Positions 40,904 through 50,379 of a stretch of DNA of 64,000 nt are shown in pieces. Numbering within the stretch: position 1 is the stretch's first letter; each line of letters starts with the position of its first letter. Source of the stretch: Desulfobacterales bacterium (GTDB taxonomy: Bacteria; Desulfobacterota; Desulfobacteria; Desulfobacterales; UBA5852); the NCBI GenBank assembly GCA_963674755.2, contig CAXXVS010000002.1:1760001-1824000 (forward strand), written 5' to 3'. The position numbers and the translations under genes were made by a program. Under the pieces are notes generated by a model. That model saw nothing but the letters and a program-made list of their open reading frames with translations. It had not been told where the DNA came from and searched no databases.

Positions 40904-41247
40904 GACCGCCCCACGTCCGGTCCTCCCATCTCAATTTTGCCACGCAGGCCCGGACCGCCGCTCCGGGAGAAATCCCCCGACACCTGAGCGGTAAAACCGT
41001 ACTTCGGGCCAGGACCCGGGCGGCGTGTCTTGCGGTGGGGCAGGGCATCCTTGCGGCGCACCGAGGCGGGATTTGAAGCACAAGGTGCGGCAGGTTGTTG
41101 CCGCCCGACGGTCGATGATGCGGGCCTTGGCGGAATCCGAACGTATGCGCAAACCACTTCCATTCTTGGGCAGACCGGTCAGGCACTTTGCCCGCTGCCT
41201 GATAAGCGATATAGGCTTGGCCGGCCGTTTCGCCCCATCGCAGTTCT

Positions 41248-41577
41248 CTAGTCGGATGCGGCCGGTTTTTGCGCTCCACTTTCAGCCGCGCCCTCGCCGA
41301 CGACTTCATATTGGGCCACGGAAATAGTCTTGCCGCTCTCGCGCTCCATCAGGGCGCCCGTCAATTTGACGTTCTTCCCCTCCAGGGCGTAAAGCGCCTT
41401 GTTCTCCACCAATCGATAGGTGTTGGCGCCGTCATCAGTCTTCAGCACGAGCCCCTGGTCGGTTTTCTCCACGGTTCCGGTGAAGGTCTGCTCCCCGCTC
41501 GCACAGCCGGTCATGGCCAAAAGACCGACGATAAGGGCCAGGGTGATGATTGTTCTGCCGATCGGGTTGCTTTTCAT
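41248..41577 (-). CDS. Small lipoprotein, OB-fold-like
   Basis: Lipobox AMTGC; G.V...L.T...Y.L...GKNVKLTG; AGGAGG RBS. Confidence 0.8.
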   Translation of the reverse strand: MKSNPIGRTIITLALIVGLLAMTGCASGEQTFTGTVEKTDQGLVLKTDDGANTYRLVENKALYALEGKNVKLTGALMERESGKTISVAQYEVVGEGAAESGAQKPAASD

Positions 41578-41861
41578 GGGTGTCCTCCTTGGGGTTCAGC
41601 TCGTTTGGGATGTTTTCGTCTGGAACGACGACAATTGCCGATTCCCGTTGCTGTCCGGCATACGGGGTATTTGAAATCCCCCCTTTCGTGTTCCGCCAGA
41701 GGCAACAGGGAGGTGGACGGCTTGCGGCACTGGTCACACAAGAATTCATGATTGAGCAAAGCAGCTGCCCTCTGAACAGACGACCGGCAGCCACAGCGGC
41801 GGCCCGGAATACTGTAAGGCGATGCCATACCTGCTTGCCTCAAGCGATTATTGGCCTTGAT

Positions 41862-42095
41862 TCAGCGATCGATGATCTCCAGAAGCGAACGTCGGTGCTC
41901 CCGTGAGGACGCGGCGTTGAGAATGGTCCGGATCGCCTTGGCGTTCTGCCCCTGCTTGCCGATGACCTTGCCGCGATCCTCCTGGACGACATGGAGCTCG
42001 AAGACGGTCGTTTGGTTTCCTTTAAACTCCGAGACGGAAACACTATCGGGATGGTCGACCATGGCCCGCACAATCGTCAAAATCAGCTCCTTCAT
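41862..42095 (-). CDS. khpA: KH-domain RNA-binding protein
   Basis: MVDHPD.V, DRGKVIGKQG..AKAIRTIL; GAGGAGG RBS. Confidence 0.9.
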   Translation of the reverse strand: MKELILTIVRAMVDHPDSVSVSEFKGNQTTVFELHVVQEDRGKVIGKQGQNAKAIRTILNAASSREHRRSLLEIIDR

Positions 42096-42179
42096 GCGGT
42101 TCCTCCTCACGCTGATCAATTCGCTTTCAATCCGATGCTGGATCCTTGCCCTCTGAGATCAACCGTCAAGCTCTCACCC

Positions 42180-42260
42180 CTATGCGGCGCCACAAGGCCC
42201 GAGAAGCATAGCGTTCCTCGTCTGTCAGGATGCCGTCACTTCGGCTTTCAGATAAAACAT
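42180..42260 (-). other. Mini-ORF with strong RBS and internal TGA (leader peptide or selenoprotein remnant)
   Basis: AAGGAGG-ATG, MFYLKAEVTAS-TGA-QTRNAMLLGPCGAA-TAG; directly downstream of a sigma54 promoter. Confidence 0.4.
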
Positions 42261-42310
42261 GGCGCCTCCTTTTACGACTCATGGATTGGTCTGTTTCCCC
42301 TCATCACCAA

Positions 42311-42325
42311 GCAATCCGGATGCCA
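42311..42325 (-). promoter_or_regulatory. Sigma54 (-24/-12) promoter
   Basis: TGGCAT-ccgga-TTGC on the minus strand. Confidence 0.7.
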
Positions 42326-42724
42326 ACTTTTTAGCCCTTGAGGAAATAGGCGCTTGGCGGTCCGACGATGTCTTGCGAAAGCCCGGTCTATAGATCGGCG
42401 CCGGCCCCCATTGGCAGTCCATTGCGTAGCCACCGCAGACGCCGGGCTTCAGACGCCATGCGACCCGCGCAAGCCGGCGCGACGAACGGCCCAAAACACA
42501 ACGTCAGGATCAGCCAAACCTGAAGATCAGGAGACCTCCAACGTCTGCTTCCTGAAAAAAGGCGGAAATGGGGCTTCGGATTTTCGAACCTGGCCGCCGG
42601 AAACAAGGTGTTTTGTCGTTATCGTTTAGCAGGGACGATCCCCCGCCTTTACAGCCCTGCCCTCTCCGGATCATATGAAGATGATGAACCGCTTGCCCTA
42701 AACGACAGCGAAGCCCGCGGCACA

Positions 42725-42739
42725 TGGCACACTAATTGC
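42725..42739 (+). promoter_or_regulatory. Sigma54 (-24/-12) promoter
   Basis: TGGCAC-actaa-TTGC, about 64 nt upstream of ATG 42803. Confidence 0.75.
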
Positions 42740-42802
42740 CAGAAACGTTATGCATACCCTCCCTCGCGGTGGAGGCCACATCAGAAGAGACGATCGCGAC
42801 CC

Positions 42803-43048
42803 ATGAGCGATTCCGAACTCAAAACAATCCGAGGCATCGTGATCCCGACGGATTGGCATGACAACGGTCATCCCCGTTCGGTAGCCATTGCAACCTATCG
42901 GGAAAACAAATACATGGTCGCCGATAGCCCGCAAAGCCGCCAACTGCTCTTGCTGCTCAACCAACGCGTCGTGGTGTCCGGAACGGTTTGTCGTAGAGCG
43001 GAAACCCTGGTGATCGATGTTGGGGATTTCTACTTGGACAGCCCTTGA
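42803..43048 (+). CDS. Small OB-fold-like hypothetical protein
   Basis: IRGIVIPTDW..G...VAIAT..E..YMV...LNQRVVVSGTV. Confidence 0.7.
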   Translation: MSDSELKTIRGIVIPTDWHDNGHPRSVAIATYRENKYMVADSPQSRQLLLLLNQRVVVSGTVCRRAETLVIDVGDFYLDSP

Positions 43049-43222
43049 GAATGGCCGATATCTTTGCTGATCAGAGGCTGTCAATACGTCAGCGCCTTAC
43101 AGCGGAGATCCAATGGACTCCCTCCCCCCCCACTCTAAAACAGCAACGTGTCGATAAAGGCATTGAAACGCCGCAGGCGGCGGGTAGCAACAATAGCCAA
43201 ACAGCACACAGGAGAACAACCG

Positions 43223-43513
43223 ATGAAAAAGACCGCCAAAATGAAATCCAGCAGACGTCGGGTGAGTTTTTCCCTGAACGCTCCCCACGCGCGGCAGGTC
43301 GCGCTGGTGGGGGACTTCAATGCATGGGATCCCCAAAAGCACCTCATGGAAAAGGGGGCGGATGGCGTCTGGGAAAAAACAGTCATTCTGGAACCGGGAA
43401 CCTACGAATACAAGTTCTATCAGGACAGCCAGTGGATCGTAGATCCCCAAAACGTCCAGCAATGCCCCAACCGCTTCGGCACCCGCAACAGCATGGTGGT
43501 GATAACGCCATAA
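43223..43513 (+). CDS. Glycogen-binding CBM48 domain protein
   Basis: APHARQVALVGDFNAW, LEPGTYEYKF, W.VDP.N, NRFGTRNS; AGGAG RBS. Confidence 0.9.
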   Translation: MKKTAKMKSSRRRVSFSLNAPHARQVALVGDFNAWDPQKHLMEKGADGVWEKTVILEPGTYEYKFYQDSQWIVDPQNVQQCPNRFGTRNSMVVITP

Positions 43514-43881
43514 GGGCGCATGGCGGCCGATCCACCCGGACGACGTCCACGGCATGCTGCTGGCCAAGGGTATTCTGAGACCCAGCGCGGGGGCGCCACC
43601 TCGCATGGGGATGCGGGGCATTCGTCTGGGGATCTCCTTCCCGGCAGGCGTCAAGATGAAGGTATGAGCCATATTCGATGCCGCCTGCCGCCAGGCCGAT
43701 CGCGGGATCCGTGTTAAACCCGGGATCATGATTCCCCTGACCGGGCCCTGAACCGAGTCGGACATGGCATGTCCCAGGCAGGTTTTTAGCCGGCCGCGGC
43801 TCGGACATTCAGCTTCCTGTCTTACCCGGCCACAACCCGTCGGCATTGCCAATCGGCAATAAAATAGAAGTCTTATCCACT

Positions 43882-43896
43882 TGGCACATGATTTGA
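43882..43896 (+). promoter_or_regulatory. Probable sigma54 promoter
   Basis: TGGCAC-atgat-TTGA (one mismatch at -12). Confidence 0.5.
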
Positions 43897-44061
43897 ATTA
43901 ATCGGCAATCGTCCAGGTGCAGCCGATATGGGCCACACAGGCCGTCCCCTCGGTTTCGTATGGACATATTGGTCGGCCTCCGTTGTTCCAAAGCCAAACT
44001 TGATCATAGCCGGACAGCAGGGCCGACTCGTAACAACTCACACCCAAGAGGAGGTTTCCAA

Positions 44062-44337
44062 ATGAAACGCAAGGCACTTATCAGTTTGTTGACCGTCATC
44101 GCCCTGGTGTTCGCCACCGGCGTGGCCATGGCCGCCGAGGCCGTTACCATCCAGGGACAGGTAAATGAGGAGAACCAGCTCGTCGACCAGGACGGCAATG
44201 TCTATACGATTGCCGACACCGAGGAAGGCATGAAGGTCATGGACATGGTCGGGGAAAAGGTGGAGGTTAAGGGCACCGTGCAGGAAGACATGGGGGATAA
44301 AGAAATCACAGTGGAATCCTTCAGCGTCCTCAAATAG
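44062..44337 (+). CDS. Small exported OB-fold-like protein
   Basis: Signal peptide ending AMA; VTIQGQV...YTI...VGEKVEVKGTV; GAGGAGG RBS. Confidence 0.85.
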   Translation: MKRKALISLLTVIALVFATGVAMAAEAVTIQGQVNEENQLVDQDGNVYTIADTEEGMKVMDMVGEKVEVKGTVQEDMGDKEITVESFSVLK

Positions 44338-44523
44338 GCAAAACCGCTTGTCACCGTCCGGGGAAACACGTTCTCCGGACGGTTTCGTAAAATGGCCAAG
44401 GCACGGTTTGCATAAGCTGTGAGGAAAGTCGCCCGTGATAGGCTGTCAGCGACGGCAGCGCACCGCCATGGGCCGGTGGAACGATGGCAACACAACGCCG
44501 TGAGGGAGCGTTTTGCGAACGCG

Positions 44524-44862
44524 TCAGTAGAATGGCAGAATCCGCTGGCGCCCCACCCGAAACCCGTCATCCTCATCGTGGGACGGGCTTTCCAGGCACC
44601 AGCGCACCTTGGCGGTAACCATGTTGAACTGGCCGGCCTCAGAGGGCCAGCAGGATGCCTCCTGGGATGACGCAGGGGATACCCGCAGCAGGACAACATC
44701 GCCCTTTCTCATGGCCACCGGTGAGAACAAGCCGACCCCGCCCTGGTTGCAGTCCAGCAAGACACCCTCAGCGCGCAGCTCCGGGTGACAATGCCATCGG
44801 ATTTCCACCGCGGCATGTCGCACGAAGCGTTTGGTCAACCGTTTTTCGTTCTTAACGTCCAT
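44524..44862 (-). CDS. PilZ domain protein
   Basis: EKRxxxR and DxNxGG motifs, AKVRWC. Confidence 0.75.
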   Translation of the reverse strand: MDVKNEKRLTKRFVRHAAVEIRWHCHPELRAEGVLLDCNQGGVGLFSPVAMRKGDVVLLRVSPASSQEASCWPSEAGQFNMVTAKVRWCLESPSHDEDDGFRVGRQRILPFY

Positions 44863-44946
44863 TCTGGAGAGTCCCCCAGACCTTCAATGCGAAGGGGCTT
44901 TGACCGCCCGCGCCCAAGCCCAAGGCCCCCAGCGCACCCCCGCACC

Positions 44947-45393
44947 TTAAACGATGTCGCCCTCACCTCGGATGCTCAGGACCGGGATCGGACTGCGTCG
45001 GAACATCTTGTGAGCGCAGGAGCCCACAATGGCGTCCATAAGATTGCTGCGCCCTTTGGTCGCCATGACGAGAAGATCAGGCTTGCGGCTTTCAATAACC
45101 CCGAGGAGTTCCTGGTAGGGGACCCCGATGTGTATCACGGTGCTCACAGTCCCCTGGTTGCCGCCGGCCATTCTGATCAGCTTCTGAAACCCCTCCTCGC
45201 GGTCCTTCCTCATCTCCTCCAGGTGGGTTTCGAGGGAAAACGCCGGAGCTTCACGCGCCACTCTTTTCAGCATATCGACGTCCCGCTGATTGATGACGTT
45301 TACCAGCAGCAGATCAGCCCCCACGTCTTCGGCCAACCGGGCCGCGTATTTGACGGCGACCGGTGAATAATCGGAGAAGTCGACGGCCACCAT
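44947..45393 (-). CDS. Universal stress protein (native start apparently lost)
   Basis: VAVDFS, GVPY, LLVMATKGRS...VGS, SPIPVL; upstream in-frame KTINKI lacks an ATG and RBS. Confidence 0.8.
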   Translation of the reverse strand: MVAVDFSDYSPVAVKYAARLAEDVGADLLLVNVINQRDVDMLKRVAREAPAFSLETHLEEMRKDREEGFQKLIRMAGGNQGTVSTVIHIGVPYQELLGVIESRKPDLLVMATKGRSNLMDAIVGSCAHKMFRRSPIPVLSIRGEGDIV

Positions 45394-45611
45394 GATCTTA
45401 TTGATGGTTTTTCGGGAGGAATGATATGATCATGTCGGTCGCGGTGGGATCGGCACCCCCTGACAAATCGCTCCCAATCGTCCTCCCATTGCGCGTTATA
45501 TGCCCTTCCTCCTTTTTTGCTTGACAATCCTTCATTAATATAGCTCTATGAAATCATTCAATTTTACCCCACATAACGATATCCAATCCGTTCGCCCTGC
45601 GGGGCACCTCA

Positions 45612-47012
45612 ATGGACCGCGTACTCATCATATCTTCTAGCCGGGACATGGTTGCGCTGATGCGTGAAAACCACCCCGATCTTTCTGACTGCGTTCAGGT
45701 CGAGACCCTGCCTGCGGCATTGCAAAAGCACAGTCAGTCGCCTTTCGATCTGATTTTTGTGGATCTCGACCAGTTCGACATGTCTTCCAACAAGTCCTTA
45801 AACGGTGAAACGATTCTGTCCTTCAAAAAAAACAACCCCGTGGCCAAATTGATCCTGCTCACTTCCCGGGAAGCCATCCGCGATACCTTTCACCTGATCA
45901 AGGCCGGCGCGGACAACTATTTGACCGTGCCGGTCAGCAAACACGAGCTGCGGCTGGTCCTGGCGGCCTGTCGGGATGACGTCAGTCATGCCTTGGAATT
46001 GGATTATCTGCGCGACCGCTTCTGGAAGGCCGAGTGGCTCGAGGTCGTTCGCTCCCGCAATCCCGCCATGCAGGAGGTCTTCGAGAAAATTCGCGCCGTA
46101 GCCCCCACGATCGCTACGGTCCTGCTTCTGGGGGAGACCGGAACCGGGAAGGGGCTATTGGCGCGGCTAACGCACTGGCACAGTCTGCGCTGCGACAAAC
46201 CCTTTATCGCGGTGCACTGTGGCGCCATAACCGAAACCCTGATCGAGAGCGAGCTCTTCGGCCACGAACAAGGCGCCTTTACCGGTGCCGTCCGCAAAAA
46301 ACTGGGAAAATTCGAGGTGGCGCGCAAAGGCACCATCTTCCTTGACGAAATCGGCACCATCACCCCATCCGTACAAATCAAGCTGTTGCAGGTGCTTCAG
46401 GACGGCAGCTTCAGCCGGGTCGGCGGCGAAGAAACCCTTCACACCGACGCCCGGGTCATCTTTGCCACCAACGCCGATCTCGAAAAGCTGGTGACCGAGG
46501 GCCGCTTCCGCAAAGATCTTTACTATCGTGTCAAAATTTTTCCGATCGAGATCCCGGCCCTCAAGGAACGTACCGAAGATCTGCCCTACTTGACGGAAGC
46601 CTTTCTGCAAAGGCTGAATCAGCGTTACAACAAGGCCATCAAGGGGCTGCACCCCGCCGTGGTGGCAGCGTTCCGAACCTATGGATGGCCCGGGAATGTA
46701 CGCGAGCTCGAAAATGTGATGGAAAGGGCCTATATCCTGGAGCGCTCGGATATGCTGATGCCCCAGAACTTCCCCGCCGACATGATGCCTGCAGAGGGCG
46801 TCGTATTGAATGGTAAGCCTTTGGACGCACTGTCTCTGGCCGAAGCCCGTCAACTGGCCGTCGAAGATGTTGAACGGCATTATCTCCGGGATCTGCTGGC
46901 CCGGAACAAAGGCCGCATCAACCTATCCGCCCGCCAGGCCCGGATCACGCCCCGTCAGTTGAACCGTCTGATGAACCGCTACAACATCTGCAAGGAAAAC
47001 TACAAGTCCTGA
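45612..47012 (+). CDS. Sigma54-dependent NtrC-family activator with atypical receiver
   Basis: GETGTGK, ESELFGH, GAFTGA, FLDEI, FRKDLYYR, WPGNVRELEN, Fis-type HTH. Confidence 0.93.
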   Translation: MDRVLIISSSRDMVALMRENHPDLSDCVQVETLPAALQKHSQSPFDLIFVDLDQFDMSSNKSLNGETILSFKKNNPVAKLILLTSREAIRDTFHLIKAGADNYLTVPVSKHELRLVLAACRDDVSHALELDYLRDRFWKAEWLEVVRSRNPAMQEVFEKIRAVAPTIATVLLLGETGTGKGLLARLTHWHSLRCDKPFIAVHCGAITETLIESELFGHEQGAFTGAVRKKLGKFEVARKGTIFLDEIGTITPSVQIKLLQVLQDGSFSRVGGEETLHTDARVIFATNADLEKLVTEGRFRKDLYYRVKIFPIEIPALKERTEDLPYLTEAFLQRLNQRYNKAIKGLHPAVVAAFRTYGWPGNVRELENVMERAYILERSDMLMPQNFPADMMPAEGVVLNGKPLDALSLAEARQLAVEDVERHYLRDLLARNKGRINLSARQARITPRQLNRLMNRYNICKENYKS

Positions 47013-47179
47013 GGCCCTCCCCCGCCGTCATGACGACCGTCCTGATAAAAGCCCGCAGCGGCGCGGACATGACAAAATACGGCGCTATCAGTGACAGATT
47101 GCGTCAGAAAGAAGTACTCCAAATTTTGTCGTTTTCTTTATCCCGCTGGAATCGTGCCGGAAATCCCAAGAGATAAATC

Positions 47180-47194
47180 TGGTACAAAGTTTGC
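47180..47194 (+). promoter_or_regulatory. Sigma54 (-24/-12) promoter
   Basis: TGGTAC-aaagt-TTGC. Confidence 0.65.
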
Positions 47195-47205
47195 TACACT
47201 CCACA

Positions 47206-47460
47206 AGCAAATGGCGGTCAAGGGATCGAAACCGACACCGCTTGTTGGCAACCACTCTTGACGAATCTTGCTGCACGATCCCTTGACCGCCGTCAAACGT
47301 TTTCTTTCACCCTCCTTTTCGTTTTAGGGGCAAGGCATGGGGCCTTGCCCCGCCTAACCAAGACGAAAATGATTTGACAGGCGGATAGACGGGCCAGGGC
47401 AGGGAAGATAAATTGACTGGGTTTCGGTGATGGCGGGGCAGAAATGCCCCGCCCTTTTTT
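47206..47460 (+). ncRNA. Candidate structured sRNA
   Basis: Sigma54 promoter, 16-bp perfect stem, second 10-bp stem, CCTCCTT motif, intrinsic terminator; no convincing + strand ORF. Confidence 0.5.
47432..47460 (+). terminator. Intrinsic terminator
   Basis: ggcggggca-gaaa-tgccccgcc-c-tttttt. Confidence 0.8.
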
Positions 47461-47816
47461 GGGCCTCCGGTCGATTTCCGCTGCGTGCCCCTCTTCCATC
47501 GCCCCTTATCGAGGGCGTCCGTCCCCCCCCTCCTGAACAATTGACCATGTGAACCCCTCCTTATGACGAGGGAAAAAGCACCGGGAAAGGGCCGTTTCAA
47601 CAACATCTTTTCCGGCATCGATCAATTTACCGGTGTCGCCGTCGACCGTAAACGCAGCACATTGATCCCCGTGGCAACCAGGAATTTCTCTCCCCCTTAT
47701 CGTGATCCGATAGATTGATCCAATTTTTACCCCACCTTTACACAAGCATTATCTCCCAGCCTTATCTTGCAGGTCATCAACCCTCCCGCACAGGAGAAAA
47801 GAAAGGAAGGTGAACG

Positions 47817-48245
47817 ATGAAATCCATACAAACGGCTCTATCGATTATGTTGGGTTTGATTCTGCTGGCTGGGGTGGCGGCGTGCGCCGGCACTGATACC
47901 ATGATGGAAAGCCCCATGGATACCGCCATGGACGGAATGCTGATCGGCAGCGAAGGGCATCACGCCGCGGGCAAAGTGACGATCGAGAAGGGAATGGGGA
48001 ACCAATCCGTGCTGACCCTGAGCGATATCGATATCGACACGGTTCCGGATGGCTATGTCTACCTGACCAAAGGCGCGGACTGGATGCACGGCGTGGAATT
48101 GGGCCGGCTGAATCAATTTTCCGGCACGGTTTCCTTCGACCTGCCACCCGGGGTCAATACGGATGATTTCGACAGTGTGGTCGTTTGGTGCAAAAAATTC
48201 AACACCGAAATCGCACGCGCCACCTTGCCGAAAAAGATGATGTAG
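47817..48245 (+). CDS. DM13-domain lipoprotein
   Basis: Lipobox VAAC, HAAGKV, PDGYVYL, SVVVWCKKF. Confidence 0.85.
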   Translation: MKSIQTALSIMLGLILLAGVAACAGTDTMMESPMDTAMDGMLIGSEGHHAAGKVTIEKGMGNQSVLTLSDIDIDTVPDGYVYLTKGADWMHGVELGRLNQFSGTVSFDLPPGVNTDDFDSVVVWCKKFNTEIARATLPKKMM

Positions 48246-48402
48246 GGCGCGATCCGTCCTATGGGCGCATGGGGCTGCCGGATCTTCTCATTTCCGAAGA
48301 AAATTGCAGGCCGACACCAACCTCACTGTCTGCCGGCGCCTCTTCTCCGTCCGGCGACCCCTGCGCCGTTTCAAGAAAACCGCCCTATTGATGCAGCCTG
48401 CT

Positions 48403-50055
48403 TTATGTAAACATGTCGCCGTAGGTCTGGCGCATGTCCCGCTTCAATATCTTGCCGGTGGGGGTCTTGGGCAGGGCCTCCACGAAGACCACGCTCTTGG
48501 GCACCTTGAAGCCGGCCAGCTCCTTGCGGCACAGGGCCATGATCTCCTCTTCGGCAATGGTCTCGCCCTTGCGGGGCACCACCACGGCGGTAACGGCCTC
48601 CACCCATTTGGGGTGCGGGGTGCCGATCACGGCCACCTCTTCCACGCGTTTGTCCAGGTAGATGGCTTCTTCCACTTCCCGGGTGGCCACGTTCTCCCCG
48701 CCGGTCTTGATCATGTCTTTCTTGCGGTCCACCACCGTGATGTAGCGGTCTTCATCCAGCACACCGATGTCGCCGGAGTGGAACCAGCCGCCCTGCATGG
48801 CCACCTCGGTCTTTTCGGGATCTTTGAAATACATGATCAGGGCGTGGGGGCCTTTGCCGCAGATCTCACCCGGAGCGCCCACGGCGTCGATGGACTGGAA
48901 GGCATCGTCCTCCAGGCGGCTTTCCATGTTGAGGCCCGCCATGCCGGCGGAACCGAGCTTGACCAGGGCGTCTTCGGCCTTGAGGATGGTATGGTAAGGG
49001 GCCAGCTCGGTCTGGCCGTAGTAGTTGTATACCTTGCTGCCGGGCAGCCGCTCCATGATCTCCTTGAGCACTTCCACCGGCATGATGGAAGCCCCGTAGT
49101 AGCACTTGGTGAGGCAGGAGAGATCGTAGTTGTCGAAATCCGGGTGGCGCAAAAGTCCGATCCAGACCGTGGGCGGAGCAAAAAACATGTTGGCCCGGTA
49201 GCGGTCGATGGTCTGGAGGATCTGGCCGATGTCCGGGGCCATGAGGATGTTGGTGCCGCCGACATAGAAGGTCGGGTTCATGAAAACGTCGCGCTGGGCG
49301 CAGTGGTAGATGGGCAGGGCATTGACGTTGATGTCGTGGGTCTCGTAGCCCCCGTCGATGATGGCCCCCATATATTGGGCGATGAGGGCCTGGTTGCTGA
49401 TGATGACGCCCTTGGGCAGGGATTCGGTGCCACTGGTGTAAGTCATCTGGCAGGGATCTTCGATGTGGAGAATGACGTCCGGCTCGTCGGCCGGAGCGTT
49501 TTCCATCCAGGCATCGAAGGCGAGGAAACGGTCGTCCACCGGCGCTTGACCGGCGCCCTGGTCGGACCAGACCAGTTTTTCGACCGACGGCATTTCGCCC
49601 AGAACTTCCTCCACCAGCCCGTAGAGGGCATCTTCCACGATGAAGACCTTGCTCTCGGAATGGTTGATGCAGTAGGCGATGTCCGGCCCGCGCAGGAGAT
49701 AGTTGATGGCCAGGTAGACCGCTCCGATCTTGCAGCATCCCAGCCAGGTCAGCACATGGTGCAGGGTGTTGTGGGCCAGGATGGCCACCCGATCGTACTT
49801 GGCCACCCCCAGCCCGGCAAGCGCATTGGCCGTGCGGTTGCAGGCCTCCTCCAGTTCGGCGTAGGTTAAAGACGTGTCTCCGAAAATAAGGGCCGTCTTA
49901 TCGGGGTAATGATAGGCCGTGCGGCGCACCATATCCGCGATCACCCACCGGTTGACCCGGTTGTAGCGGTCCATCAGGAATTCCAGGTTTTCTTTGTTCA
50001 AAACAGTGAAGCGCGCTTTTTCCTCGTCGGTCATGGGTCTGGCATTGTCCGTCAT
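48403..50055 (-). CDS. Acyl-CoA synthetase
   Basis: YTSGTESLPKG, YGQTE, FHSGD, DRKKDMIKTGGENV, PKTPTGK. Confidence 0.93.
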   Translation of the reverse strand: MTDNARPMTDEEKARFTVLNKENLEFLMDRYNRVNRWVIADMVRRTAYHYPDKTALIFGDTSLTYAELEEACNRTANALAGLGVAKYDRVAILAHNTLHHVLTWLGCCKIGAVYLAINYLLRGPDIAYCINHSESKVFIVEDALYGLVEEVLGEMPSVEKLVWSDQGAGQAPVDDRFLAFDAWMENAPADEPDVILHIEDPCQMTYTSGTESLPKGVIISNQALIAQYMGAIIDGGYETHDINVNALPIYHCAQRDVFMNPTFYVGGTNILMAPDIGQILQTIDRYRANMFFAPPTVWIGLLRHPDFDNYDLSCLTKCYYGASIMPVEVLKEIMERLPGSKVYNYYGQTELAPYHTILKAEDALVKLGSAGMAGLNMESRLEDDAFQSIDAVGAPGEICGKGPHALIMYFKDPEKTEVAMQGGWFHSGDIGVLDEDRYITVVDRKKDMIKTGGENVATREVEEAIYLDKRVEEVAVIGTPHPKWVEAVTAVVVPRKGETIAEEEIMALCRKELAGFKVPKSVVFVEALPKTPTGKILKRDMRQTYGDMFT

Positions 50056-50379
50056 GGCGGGGCTCCCTTGGATTGGCATGAATGGATAAGATCACAATTA
50101 TCCGCCGCCGGGATCGCTGTCAAACGATTTAGCCGCTCCCGGTTATGCCTCGATCAGATTTCCCGGGATGAACCCCAGAAGGCTGGTGGACTGATGTAAA
50201 GCCTGGGGGGCGTTTCGGAGCGGAGCATGGCGTCAGGCCGGCAAGGCCTGCTTCCTGCGAAGCGGCGTACCTCATTCAATCGATCAAAACCGACGACCAT
50301 CCCATCCGGTGTGCGTCCAAAGGCGGTCGTTTGGGGTACCCGCCGGAGCCCAAGGATGTCATCTCCGGAGGGGCATTCG

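Noticed and set aside
42340..42700. Riboswitch (e.g. c-di-GMP) between the divergent sigma54 promoters
   Set aside because: No recognisable aptamer consensus; more likely activator-binding sequence
50230..50280. Fourth MITE fragment (caaggcc...gcgaagcggcgtac)
   Set aside because: Too short and lacks TIRs
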